Shown piece by piece: positions 55,636 through 64,000 of a stretch of 64,000 nt of DNA. Every line of letters begins with the position of its first letter. Position 1 is the stretch's first letter. The stretch spans positions 2,128 to 66,127 of the forward strand of contig JAJYWD010000002.1 of the NCBI GenBank assembly GCA_021791655.1. Reading direction: 5' to 3'. Origin of the DNA: Nanobdellota archaeon. GTDB lineage: Archaea; Nanobdellota; Nanobdellia; Parvarchaeales; Parvarchaeaceae. Made by a program: the position numbers and the translations under genes. The notes below the pieces were generated by a model. It saw nothing but the letters and a program-made list of their open reading frames with translations. It did no database searches and had not been told where the DNA came from.

Positions 55636-56022
55636 TCACTGTTTGCTTACTTTCGCAAGAGACACCTGTCCGTCGCTCCCAGGCCTGTTGACGACGATGG
55701 CTTGTCCTTCGGAGGTCTCCACTATACTGCCTTTCGTTATAACGTTCTGCCTGGCGAAGGTCCTATTGGCCTTGTTTTCGACAACCCTGAAAAGCTCGAC
55801 CTTTGAAGTCTTCTTAGAAGTGGGGTCGTAAAGATTGCCGAATTTTGTCCTCAGGAGCCTGACCCTCTGGGTACCGCCCCTGGTACCAAGCCTCTCCATC
55901 CTGTTGTCCCCTACCTGCAGAAGGGGGGATGGCGCTATCAGTGCGCTCTTTCTCTTGTCCCTGAACTTGCCTTTGATGCCGCCACCTTTTTTCCTTAGGG
56001 TAGGCGCCGTAGTCTTTGACAT
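55636..56022 (-). CDS. rps8e: Ribosomal protein S8e.
   Basis: 128 aa with a basic N-terminus (KKGGGIKGKFRDKRK) and RLGTRGGTQRVRLLR, the S8e pattern. Confidence 0.8.
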   Translation of the reverse strand: MSKTTAPTLRKKGGGIKGKFRDKRKSALIAPSPLLQVGDNRMERLGTRGGTQRVRLLRTKFGNLYDPTSKKTSKVELFRVVENKANRTFARQNVITKGSIVETSEGQAIVVNRPGSDGQVSLAKVSKQ

Positions 56023-56061
56023 ATCTTTATTGATTTATGCCTCTTGCTTATAAACGTTCTC

Positions 56062-56721
56062 TCACTCGATCGAGTCCAGTATTTCCACCCGCATTCCCTT
56101 GGGAACCAATTTGCTGAACTTCCTTGCTTCTTCTACCGTGCCTATGCCGGACCCGTAGTGCATCGGGATAGTCAACTCTGCTTTTATTGTCTTTGCCGCT
56201 TCTGCAGCTTCTTCCGGCGTCATGACGTAGGTACCGCTGACGGGCAACAGCGCGACATCCGCTTTTATGCGTGACATCTCTGGTATGAAATCGGTATCTC
56301 CGGTTATGTAGAATTTTACGTTGCCTACCATAAACACATAACCGACGTTGCCCTTCTCCTTTGGGTGGAAGACTTCCCCCTGCGCCCTGAATTTGTTCGT
56401 GTTGTAGGACATTACCGTGCGGATCGTCACGTTCCTTATTATCTTAACCTCGTCCGGTTTTACGGGGATAGTTTCCATTCCCAGGCCGGAAAGTTTCTCG
56501 GCGCAGTCCCTTGGCGCGACTAGTACTGTCGATTTCTTCGCCACTTTCTTTATGCTGTCCACGTCAAGATGATCGTAGTGATCGTGCGTAACCAGTACCA
56601 TATCCGCAGAATTGTACTTTTCCTTGACCATGTACGGGTCGGTAAAAATGGTAACTCCGGCGCCTTTTATCACGAAGCAGTCGTGATGCAGCCATTCTAT
56701 AGAGATTCCTTTGTATTCCAT
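56062..56721 (-). CDS. Metallo-beta-lactamase-fold metal-dependent hydrolase (UPF0173-like).
   Basis: 219 aa with VLVTHDHYDHLD (HxHxDH). Confidence 0.7.
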   Translation of the reverse strand: MEYKGISIEWLHHDCFVIKGAGVTIFTDPYMVKEKYNSADMVLVTHDHYDHLDVDSIKKVAKKSTVLVAPRDCAEKLSGLGMETIPVKPDEVKIIRNVTIRTVMSYNTNKFRAQGEVFHPKEKGNVGYVFMVGNVKFYITGDTDFIPEMSRIKADVALLPVSGTYVMTPEEAAEAAKTIKAELTIPMHYGSGIGTVEEARKFSKLVPKGMRVEILDSIE

Positions 56722-56776
56722 CCAGTACGAGACACATAATAATATGGAGGGTTGGCTTTAAATTTTTAAAACGGGC

Positions 56777-57306
56777 ATGCCATTTAATGATATGGTACTG
56801 GCGGACGTTGACATAAGAAGGATGCTGGGCGAGGGCAGGATAAGGATAACGCCCATATCCGAGCCTACCATAAGGGAAAATGGCGTAGACCTCACGATAG
56901 GCGACGAGATAAGCAGATTCTCGGCAGGCCCGACAGTCGACATAGATGACAAGGACGCCGTAAACGCCATTTACGTGAAGGAAAACGCAAAGGAGTTCGT
57001 TCTGAACCCCGGCGAGAAGATACTCGTGAAGACCGGCGAGGATATAGCGCTTCCGAACGACATAATAGGCACTTGCAGCATAAGGTCGACGTTCGCGAGA
57101 CTGGGCGTGCTGGTGCCCCCATCGATAATAGACGCGGGATTCGAAGGCAACCTGACCATCCTTATGGTGGGCGGGGCAACGCCGATAAAGCTGCGGTGCG
57201 GACCAGGTTTTTACACGTCGTTTTCATGAGGACAGAATCGCCGGTAAGCAAGCCATACGAGGGAAAGTACAAGCGCAAGAAAGGCATCACCGGCGCAATC
57301 TTTTAA
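56777..57306 (+). CDS. dcd: dCTP deaminase (Dcd), with a single-nucleotide frameshift near 57195-57200.
   Basis: ORF 56777..57229 carries the Dcd N-terminus and core (MVLADVDI...GEKILVKT). The conserved C-terminus ([31 protein letters not shown]) lies in the -1 frame (ORF 57073..57306). The switch occurs at a T5 run (ggtttttac). Confidence 0.6.
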
Positions 57307-57493
57307 ACCCAGAGTTTTATATCTTTAGATGAAAAGGAGCTCCAAGAACTGGAAGAAATACCACAAAGACAGGTGGAAGACCAGAAAGAAGAAGATGCTA
57401 GAGAGGAAGAGAAAGAGACGATTATTACGCGAACGAAGCGCGTAAACCACTGACATTCTAAGACATAAATCATTTCAGCGTATCTTATGGTTA

Positions 57494-57592
57494 GCGGGGA
57501 TAGCGAAGCTTGGCCCAACGCGCAGGACTTAAGATTCTTATAGGAAATCCTGTGGCTTAGCGCCCTCGTGGGTTCAAATCCCACTCCCCGCA
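57494..57592 (+). tRNA. tRNA-Leu (anticodon TAA), class II with a long variable arm and a roughly 13-nt intron.
   Basis: Acceptor GCGGGGA/TCCCCGC plus discriminator A, D-arm GCG...CGC, T-arm GTGGG-TTCAAAT-CCCAC. Anticodon stem CAGGA/TCCTG encloses CTTAAG|ATTCTTATAGGAA|A. Confidence 0.7.
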
Positions 57593-57948
57593 AACGAATT
57601 AATACTTGCACAACAAAGTATTTGGCTATCAGCACTGAAACTGTTTATCCTCAGAATGGTTGAAAAAGCAACGAAAACGGCGAGGTACACTGCTCAAATG
57701 CGTTTATTCAAACTACAGCGGGGGACAAAGTAAAATACTTTAAGATAGAGGGCAGAATCAATGGATTTTGGCGTCCAGACTAAATAAATAAAATTCAGTT
57801 GCGGTCTTATGTTTCGTTCTAGGAAAATATCTTTTTGCGATTAAGAAAAATATCGAATAAATGGCGGCTAATACCACTATGGCTTACTCAACGGAGATAC
57901 GGAAGTTAAGCGTCTCAGTATTTATACAAGTTTTGCAAATAGTAATGT

Positions 57949-58185
57949 ATGGAAAGGGACGACATGTTCGTTGGTCTGCCGCCGTATTTCAAGGCAAGGC
58001 TGGACGAGATAGCTTCAATGGCACCCAAGATAGATGAGACCAGTCAGAATCTATTGACAGCATCGAGTGGAATAAAGCAGGAGTTTCAGAAATTTGAAGA
58101 GGGCTTGAAGTCCATAGACGGCTTGTTGCATGAAGTGTTCGAGATGTTAAATATCAGTTCGCTTGAAAAGCTCGACAAGGTCTGA
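57949..58185 (+). CDS. Hypothetical small helical protein between the two tRNA-Leu genes.
   Basis: 78-aa ORF with a plausible amphipathic composition. No motif. Confidence 0.3.
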   Translation: MERDDMFVGLPPYFKARLDEIASMAPKIDETSQNLLTASSGIKQEFQKFEEGLKSIDGLLHEVFEMLNISSLEKLDKV

Positions 58186-58281
58186 GAATCGACGCCGATA
58201 ATATGCGCAAAGGGCCCCTAAATTTTAAATGACCCGTACGGGTTATAAATTCAAATACGACATCTTCCTGATTATTGGAAT

Positions 58282-58378
58282 GCAGGGGTAGCGAAGTGGT
58301 CAAACGCAACAGCCTCAAGAAAAACTTGAGCAAGCTGTTCCCTTTGTGGGTTCGGGGGTTCAAATCCCTCTCCCTGCA
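58282..58378 (+). tRNA. tRNA-Leu (anticodon CAA), class II with a roughly 13-nt intron.
   Basis: Acceptor GCAGGGG/TCCCTGC plus discriminator A, D-arm GCG...CGC, T-arm GGGGG-TTCAAAT-CCCTC. Anticodon stem ACAGC/GCTGT encloses CTCAAG|AAAAACTTGAGCA|A. The intron is complementary to the anticodon region. Confidence 0.7.
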
Positions 58379-58389
58379 TATAGGCATAT

Positions 58390-59226
58390 ATGATAAAAGC
58401 TAAAAAGGCACACGATGAAATAGCCGAGTACTATTCAAGACGGGTTCTAAAGGAATGGAAAAGATTACAAAGTGATCCTACGAACAGTCTAGAATTCTCT
58501 ACGACAATGTATTTCATAGACAAATTTTTGCCTAAAAGAGGACTAGTTCTAGACGGCGGTAGCGGTCCTGGCAAGTACACCGTAGAACTGACGAAACGGG
58601 GAAACACAGTAATAGCGCTAGACCCTGTGGAGAAAAGCTTGAGATTTCTCAGAAAGGCGGTGGAAATGCACGGCGCTGCGGGGAGACTAAAGGGTGTTGT
58701 GAACGGCAGACTAGAGGACCTATCTAGGTTCAAAGATAACACATTCGACGGCGTAATCTCGCTCGGAGGGCCCATGTCGCACATAATGGACGAGCGCCTG
58801 AGGAAAAGAGCCGCTGCTGAGATACTAAGGGTCGCCAAACCGAGAGCTAGGATTTTCGTCTCAGTGATGAGCAGGATGTCTATGATTGATGGCTTCGTTA
58901 CGGATTTCCAGAAAGATTTGGATAGCCCGTATTCTAAGGCGTGGGTAAAAACGGGAGATTATTTCGGGGGCTACGGGTTTACTGCTTTCCACGGATTCCT
59001 GCCAGGTGAACTCTCGGACCTGTTCGACGCAAAGACCTTCAAGAAGATAACTATGGTGGGTATAGAAGGATTCGGTTCGCGCTCTGAAAAGAAACTTGCG
59101 AGACTGCAGAAAAACAAAAGCCGCTGGAAAGGATGGCTTAAGATGCATCTGGAAACTGCTGAAGAGCCATCAATAATCGGTGTAAGTGAGCATATAATGC
59201 TGATCGGAGAAAAGAAAGCACATTGA
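58390..59226 (+). CDS. Class I SAM-dependent methyltransferase.
   Basis: 278 aa with VLDGGSGPGKYTVEL (motif I) and FDGVISLGGP (post I/II). Confidence 0.7.
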   Translation: MIKAKKAHDEIAEYYSRRVLKEWKRLQSDPTNSLEFSTTMYFIDKFLPKRGLVLDGGSGPGKYTVELTKRGNTVIALDPVEKSLRFLRKAVEMHGAAGRLKGVVNGRLEDLSRFKDNTFDGVISLGGPMSHIMDERLRKRAAAEILRVAKPRARIFVSVMSRMSMIDGFVTDFQKDLDSPYSKAWVKTGDYFGGYGFTAFHGFLPGELSDLFDAKTFKKITMVGIEGFGSRSEKKLARLQKNKSRWKGWLKMHLETAEEPSIIGVSEHIMLIGEKKAH

Positions 59227-59255
59227 TTAAAATAATTAACGCCGCCAGGAGTCTT

Positions 59256-61649
59256 TCAATAAGTTATCTTTGACTCGTTCAATTCCTTCCTGACAGAAAT
59301 CAGCCTATCCGCTATGTTTTTCATGTTATCCTCGTGCGTAACAAGAAGTATCTGTCTTATGTCGGTTATTTTTACTATAGCCTCTGAAAGGGCGGTTATG
59401 TCCTCTCTGTCCAGGCCCACCGTTGGCTCATCCATTATCAGCATCTCGTTCTTTCCCACCCCGCCGAGCATTGCAGCGACCGACGAGAGAGCTATCCGAT
59501 AAGCGAGTGCTACCGATGTCTTCTCGCCGCCGGAGAGTGTTTTAGCGTCTAGCAGCTCGTTCTCAACTACGACTTTGACATTGTAGTTGTTGTCTATGTC
59601 TATCAGGTAATCCGCCTCGCTCCTTATCTCCTTGAACTTCGTCATCAAAAACGCCCTGAAATCGTCCAAAAACTTGTTCCTAACGTATTCCCGTATGCCC
59701 CTTATGTCCTCGCGCAGGTTCGAAATAAGCTCGTACAGCTTCTTCTCGTTCTCGAGCTTCTTCGCCACTTTCTCGCGTCTCTCCAGGCGCTCCTCAAGGC
59801 TTTTGAGCCTTACGTTTTCGTCAGACAGCTCAGAGCGCCTAACCTCAAGCTCTCTTCGTTTCTCCGTGATCTCCCCATGCAGCTTCTGATTCTCCCGTAT
59901 CAGCGCCTTGTAAGCACTATCCATGGCGGTAAGCGCGTCATAATCGAAATCCTTTAGCACCTTGTCCAGGCTGGCAATTTCTTGCTGCACGTTATCAGAA
60001 TCCCTACTAGCACTGTCTATTCTCCCCTTGAATACCTCCAAATCCCTCAAAACCGACTTGACCTCGTCCGCCATATTTATCTTTTTGTCCAGTTCTGATA
60101 TCTCGTCCGTGACCGCTTTGACCCCTTCCTCCTGTTGTTCGTATGACCTCTGCGATTCGTAAAGGCCTGCCCTCAACTTTTCAAGATCCGCGCCAGCTAG
60201 CACTTTGTTGCAGCGCTCTTTTTCTTCTCTTAACTGCGATGCTTTAAGAAGCGTGACCTTGTACTCTGATTCCAGCTCGTGTTTAGTCCTCTCGGATGCT
60301 TTCTTGTTTCTGGATTCGGAATACGCCTTAGCGATGTCATTGTATTCTTTCAGCCTTCTGTCGTACTCGGAGTTTATGTGCCTTAGGTCTTCCGCCTTAG
60401 ACCCACATATCTGGCACACACCCGTCTTTATCGCTTTCTCACGCTCGTTCTCTATTTCGGATATTAGATCGGAGACCTGTTTAATCCTCCCGTCCAACTC
60501 CTCTGGCGGAACGGAATTTTTCATGCCGTCGATAAGCATGAGAAGGTTCTTTTCGTCTGCGGATAGCTTGTCCAGCGCGGGAGAAATCTCGAGCAGTCTT
60601 TTCTCCGCCTCCCTTATCTCTTTTTCCATGCGTTCCAGGTCGTTTTTCTTTGAGTACACGGACGTGTGCAGCGCCATAAGGCGCGAATTCAGCTCTTTCA
60701 GGCGGATTTCCAGATCGTGCCTGTTCTGTTTTATCTCGCGTTCTTTTAGTTCATCGATCTTCAGGTCCTTCTTTTTTATCTCCGCGGAGCGGTTCTCCAA
60801 GTCTTCTATGTCGGCTTTTAGCTTGTTCAGCAGTTTCTCCTTTTCGCGCTTCTCGGCTACCAGACGCTCGTGGCCCTCCTTCTCGGACCTGAGCTTGTCA
60901 AGTGATGTACTGGTTTCACGGAACTTCTCGTCCTTCTCCCGCATAGTGCGCTCGAGTCCTTCCAGTTCGGACGAGAGTTTCTTTATCGTGTTGTCTATGT
61001 CGCCGATCCTTAACTTTACGCGCACAGCTTCGTCTTCGTCCTTTATGGTCTCTATCTCTCTTTTGTCGGTTTCTATCTCCAGCTGCATCTTCATGATCAG
61101 GTCCCTGGTCCTCTCATACGTGTCGGCGTATTTGTTCAGTTGCAGCAACCGGTCTATGTACTCCTGCTTGCTCTGCGTGTCATCGAATATCAGGGTCTTC
61201 AGCTCGTCCTGTTTTATGTATGTTATAGCCTCGAACGTCTTTACCGGCGCATCCGACTCTATCTTTAGTAGGTTCGCCACGAATCTGTTCAAATCGTTTG
61301 CGCGGTTCTGAAGCTCTATGCGTGCGCCGTCTTTCTCTACGCTGTTGTTCAAATCGTCGTTCCTCACGCTTTCCCCCACACGCTTGAGCCCGCGCGTTAT
61401 TCTGTAAAGTGACCCTTCGTCTTCCAGCTCCACCGAGACGCTGCCGGCCTTGACACCACGCCTAAGGAGTATGCTGCCCTCTCTCGCGCCTTCGTTGATC
61501 TTCCCGAACAGAGCGTATTCTATCGACATGAGGATCGAGGACTTCCCGCTACCGGTGCTTCCGGATATGACATTTATCCCGTCAGTAAGTTCTGCAAGGG
61601 AATCGATGTGACTTCTTATGTTGTTAAGAGTGATGTTCCTTATTATCAT
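59256..61649 (-). CDS. rad50: DNA double-strand break repair ATPase Rad50.
   Basis: About 797 aa from MIIRNITLNNIRSH. It has an N-terminal Walker A (GSTGSGKSS), a long coiled coil with a CQICGS zinc hook, and a C-terminal signature (LSGGEKTSVALA) and D-loop (LIMDEPTVGLD). Confidence 0.85.
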   Translation of the reverse strand: MIIRNITLNNIRSHIDSLAELTDGINVISGSTGSGKSSILMSIEYALFGKINEGAREGSILLRRGVKAGSVSVELEDEGSLYRITRGLKRVGESVRNDDLNNSVEKDGARIELQNRANDLNRFVANLLKIESDAPVKTFEAITYIKQDELKTLIFDDTQSKQEYIDRLLQLNKYADTYERTRDLIMKMQLEIETDKREIETIKDEDEAVRVKLRIGDIDNTIKKLSSELEGLERTMREKDEKFRETSTSLDKLRSEKEGHERLVAEKREKEKLLNKLKADIEDLENRSAEIKKKDLKIDELKEREIKQNRHDLEIRLKELNSRLMALHTSVYSKKNDLERMEKEIREAEKRLLEISPALDKLSADEKNLLMLIDGMKNSVPPEELDGRIKQVSDLISEIENEREKAIKTGVCQICGSKAEDLRHINSEYDRRLKEYNDIAKAYSESRNKKASERTKHELESEYKVTLLKASQLREEKERCNKVLAGADLEKLRAGLYESQRSYEQQEEGVKAVTDEISELDKKINMADEVKSVLRDLEVFKGRIDSASRDSDNVQQEIASLDKVLKDFDYDALTAMDSAYKALIRENQKLHGEITEKRRELEVRRSELSDENVRLKSLEERLERREKVAKKLENEKKLYELISNLREDIRGIREYVRNKFLDDFRAFLMTKFKEIRSEADYLIDIDNNYNVKVVVENELLDAKTLSGGEKTSVALAYRIALSSVAAMLGGVGKNEMLIMDEPTVGLDREDITALSEAIVKITDIRQILLVTHEDNMKNIADRLISVRKELNESKITY

Positions 61650-62809
61650 AGCTGCCCGTAAATCTTTTCTATTCCTTTCCTCATCTCGTCCACGCCCATT
61701 TTTTCCTGCGCGCATGATATCATGAACTTGGCTATCGCTATCTCGTTTGAATTGTAGCCCTTTCCTTCCAGGAGCTCGTTTTCTACGCTGTCCAAATCCT
61801 TGCTCTTTATCTCTACTTTCTTCTGCCTAACGTCGAACAGTTTTGAGACGTTGACACTTACGTACGAGTAACCCAGTGTCCTTGCTTTGTCTTTTATCGA
61901 CTCGCTGTTGAGTTCCCCGCGGTTTTCCATCTCCCCTTCCAATTTTACAACGAGGAGCTTTCCGTCGTTTCTGGACAGCTTGGACCCGACTTCGTCGTAT
62001 ATGTCCTTTGCGCTCTTCTTACTCGCGTCTATAGACACCACGTCCTTTCCGCGCGTCTTTATTATGACCCTCTCGATCGCATTTATTCCGTTGGCGTCAT
62101 AGTTTACCACGTAGAAGCCGCGGTTCGGATTGGACACGATCTCGCTCTCATCGCAGTACTCAAGCGATCCCGGATACTGTATTACGCCTTTCCCGTACGG
62201 TATATTGTCCTTGTTGCCGTGCCAATGGCCCGCAGCGTAATAATCGAATCCTAGTGGAAGGCTGGATGTGTCAAGGTCCTTGAACTGCAATCCTAAATCG
62301 GATATGGTATGATGAAAGACAAAAACGTACACCCATGCGCCATCTGGGCGGACTATGCTGAGCCGCTTGAAGATCTCGTCTTCCACCCTGCTCCTCTTGC
62401 CCCTTACCCCCGTCAAGAACACGTTCCTGTAAAGTTCTCCACTCAGGATCACCTTGCCGTCCTGTTCCTCGATATAGCGCGTGGAGTTGAGATTTGTCAG
62501 CAAGCCGTTCCTGTCAAAAAGCTCTATTATGCTGTCCGACTCCCCCATTCCAACGTCGTGCGAGCCGGGGACTATGAATATCCGTATGCCGCTGTCCTTT
62601 AGTCGCTTAAGCTGGTCCGTGACGAACAGCAGGTCGCTAAGGGCGGGTATGCCCTCGTTGAACAGGTCTCCCGAGTGCACGACCATGTCCACGTTTTCCT
62701 TTATCGCGTAGTCTACCACCTGGACGAACGCCGCTCTTACATCGGCGTTCCTCTGCTCGTCTTTGTATACCCTGCCTATGTGCGTGTCACCGACGTGGAG
62801 AAATTTCAT
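61646..62809 (-). CDS. mre11: DNA double-strand break repair nuclease Mre11.
   Basis: 387 aa with HVGDTHIG, HSGDLFN, GSHD and GHWH phosphoesterase motifs. The ATGA overlap with rad50 places it upstream. Confidence 0.85.
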   Translation of the reverse strand: MKFLHVGDTHIGRVYKDEQRNADVRAAFVQVVDYAIKENVDMVVHSGDLFNEGIPALSDLLFVTDQLKRLKDSGIRIFIVPGSHDVGMGESDSIIELFDRNGLLTNLNSTRYIEEQDGKVILSGELYRNVFLTGVRGKRSRVEDEIFKRLSIVRPDGAWVYVFVFHHTISDLGLQFKDLDTSSLPLGFDYYAAGHWHGNKDNIPYGKGVIQYPGSLEYCDESEIVSNPNRGFYVVNYDANGINAIERVIIKTRGKDVVSIDASKKSAKDIYDEVGSKLSRNDGKLLVVKLEGEMENRGELNSESIKDKARTLGYSYVSVNVSKLFDVRQKKVEIKSKDLDSVENELLEGKGYNSNEIAIAKFMISCAQEKMGVDEMRKGIEKIYGQL

Positions 62810-62853
62810 ACCAAGTACTATATTTTATATACGCAAACTTATAAATTATAGTT

Positions 62854-63261
62854 ATGGACGGGGACTTCGAATTCAAGGAGACGGTAAGGATATACGACAC
62901 CGACGCAGAAGGCGTGGTTAACTACGCCGGTTACTATCGTTTCTTCTCGGATGCCTTGGAACAATTCGCATACGAGAAGCTGGGCAAGGCATTCCCCATA
63001 ATGAACGACAGGTTTTTCTTTGTCGTAGTGGAATCGCACGCTAGGTACTACAAATCTGCCAGGTTAGGCGACGTTCTTAACATAAGCATATCCCCGGAAC
63101 TGCTGTCAGAAAAGGCGGTCAAGTTCAATTTCCTGATAAAACGCGATGCGGAGCTGATATGTGAGGGATACATAACCCAAGTAATGATAGACAAAAACAA
63201 ATGGAAAACCGTGGAACTGCCGCAGGAAGTCAAAAATAAGATATTTCACGCGAAATCCTGA
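62854..63261 (+). CDS. Hotdog-fold acyl-CoA thioesterase (4HBT/YbgC-like).
   Basis: 135 aa. The N-terminal IYDTDAEGVVNYAGYYRFF is characteristic of the 4-hydroxybenzoyl-CoA thioesterase family. Confidence 0.7.
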   Translation: MDGDFEFKETVRIYDTDAEGVVNYAGYYRFFSDALEQFAYEKLGKAFPIMNDRFFFVVVESHARYYKSARLGDVLNISISPELLSEKAVKFNFLIKRDAELICEGYITQVMIDKNKWKTVELPQEVKNKIFHAKS

Positions 63262-63899
63262 AGATTCCTTGAGTTCTCGGGCCTGAGGGTCATCCAGGTC
63301 TTCCTGAGGTGCTTGTCCACCGCAGCTTTCAAGCCCAGATCCGACTTTATAAGTTCCAGGAATTCCTTGGTCTTGGGATCGGACGGGTAACCGCTGCCAA
63401 AGTCATACCCAACTTCTCCCTTTATCTTTTTGACCTGCCTTTCCCTTTCTGCCTTGGCTAATATCGATGCCGCGCTTACTTCGACATAATTTGCGTCTGC
63501 GTAATTCTCGGCGACTATCTCTTTTCCTCGTATACCGACCTCGAGATATTTCTTTATCTTTTTGGTGTTCGCACTCGGCGAGTCGACTATCACTCTTTCC
63601 CCGCGCAGAGCATTGGCTATCTCTATCATGTGATCGAGCTCAAGGTAGTTTAGATTCGTCTTATTGGAGAACCTTGCGTCTATCTCAGCCGGCTTCAGGA
63701 GTATGACCTTGTAGCAGTCAGCGGTTTCCTTTATCACCTTTTCCAATAACACTATGCGGCGTATGGAAAGAAGCTTTGAGTCCTTTACGCCAAGAAGGCG
63801 GTATTTCTTCCCGGTCTCCTCGTCTATGGATACACCAGCAACCGATAAAGGCCCTATGACCGGCCCCCTGCCCGCCTCATCTATGCCTATCGTTAACAT
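63246..63899 (-). CDS. rnhB: Ribonuclease HII.
   Basis: 217 aa. MLTIGIDEAGRGPVIGPLSVAGV (DEAGRG), DSK and DS motifs fit the RNase HII catalytic tetrad. Confidence 0.85.
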   Translation of the reverse strand: MLTIGIDEAGRGPVIGPLSVAGVSIDEETGKKYRLLGVKDSKLLSIRRIVLLEKVIKETADCYKVILLKPAEIDARFSNKTNLNYLELDHMIEIANALRGERVIVDSPSANTKKIKKYLEVGIRGKEIVAENYADANYVEVSAASILAKAERERQVKKIKGEVGYDFGSGYPSDPKTKEFLELIKSDLGLKAAVDKHLRKTWMTLRPENSRNLQDFA

Positions 63900-64000
63900 C
63901 CTTTATCTCTGTCGGTTTCTTCAGCTCGTCGGCCCTGAACATCGCATGCCCAAATTGTATCAGCATCTTTATGCCGGCCTTTTCCAAGCCTATCGGCACA
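63879..64000 (-). CDS. 3' end of an unidentified upstream ORF that runs off the window.
   Basis: The open minus-strand frame (…VPIGLEKAGIKMLIQFGHAMFRADELKKPTEIKDVNDRHR*) ends in TGA overlapping the rnhB start. Confidence 0.2.

Noticed and set aside
57303-57635. 110-aa minus-strand ORF containing GVGFEPTRA.
   Set aside because: It overlaps tRNA-Leu 57494..57592. GFEPT-type peptides are the classic antisense translation of a tRNA T-arm.
60205-61311. 368-aa Ser/Phe/Leu-rich ORF on the plus strand.
   Set aside because: It is the antisense of the Rad50 coiled-coil (GAA/AAG-rich codons read backwards). It is low-complexity and has no start context.
1-64000. Search for CRISPR arrays, transposases/IS elements, integrases and known defence-system hallmarks (Cas, restriction-modification, Argonaute, CBASS cyclase).
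   Set aside because: No direct-repeat arrays with uniform spacers, no DDE/tyrosine-recombinase-like translations, and no recognisable defence gene sets were seen. The only NTase (22208..22957) is KNTase-like rather than CD-NTase-like, as far as can be judged by eye.

Overview
This 64 kb window looks like an archaeal chromosome segment (about 47% GC, roughly 1 kb compact genes, frequent 4-nt ATGA start/stop overlaps, introns in some tRNAs). It is most consistent with an acidophilic Thermoplasmata-like or related archaeon. The evidence is a VAT/CDC48 ATPase, a Sulfolobus/Thermoplasma-type zinc ferredoxin, a class V FBP aldolase/phosphatase, DNA polymerase D small subunit, Mre11-Rad50, and many archaea-specific ribosomal proteins (L7Ae, S28e, L24e, S8e, P0/P1). 

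Housekeeping content is rich: r-protein clusters L3-L4-L23, Spt5-L11 and L1-L10-L12; pyruvate kinase; two tandem thymidylate kinases; AspRS; TyrRS; SurE; RNase HII; ScpA/ScpB; Trm14-like methyltransferase. 

Interleaved with these are many secreted or membrane proteins dense in N-X-S/T sequons. One is a 1001-aa glycoprotein with about six tandem Ig-like repeats and a PGF-CTERM-like C-terminal sorting signal. At least five other proteins have archaeal class III (type IV pilin-like) signal peptides. 

Four tRNA genes are present: Arg(CCT), an intron-containing Tyr(GTA), and two intron-containing Leu. Several decayed genes were noticed: an EEP-nuclease pseudogene beside tRNA-Tyr, an internally inverted remnant of a paralog of a Cys-rich secreted protein, and a dCTP deaminase split by a frameshift in a T5 run. 

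No CRISPR array, transposase, integrase or obvious known defence operon was seen. The most system-like unexplained loci are the P-loop NTPase / presenilin-like protease / DUF59 trio beside tRNA-Arg, the aRNase J-like / KNTase-like nucleotidyltransferase pair, and the pilin-like adhesin gene sets. All functional calls come from motif recognition in the provided translations, not from database searches.
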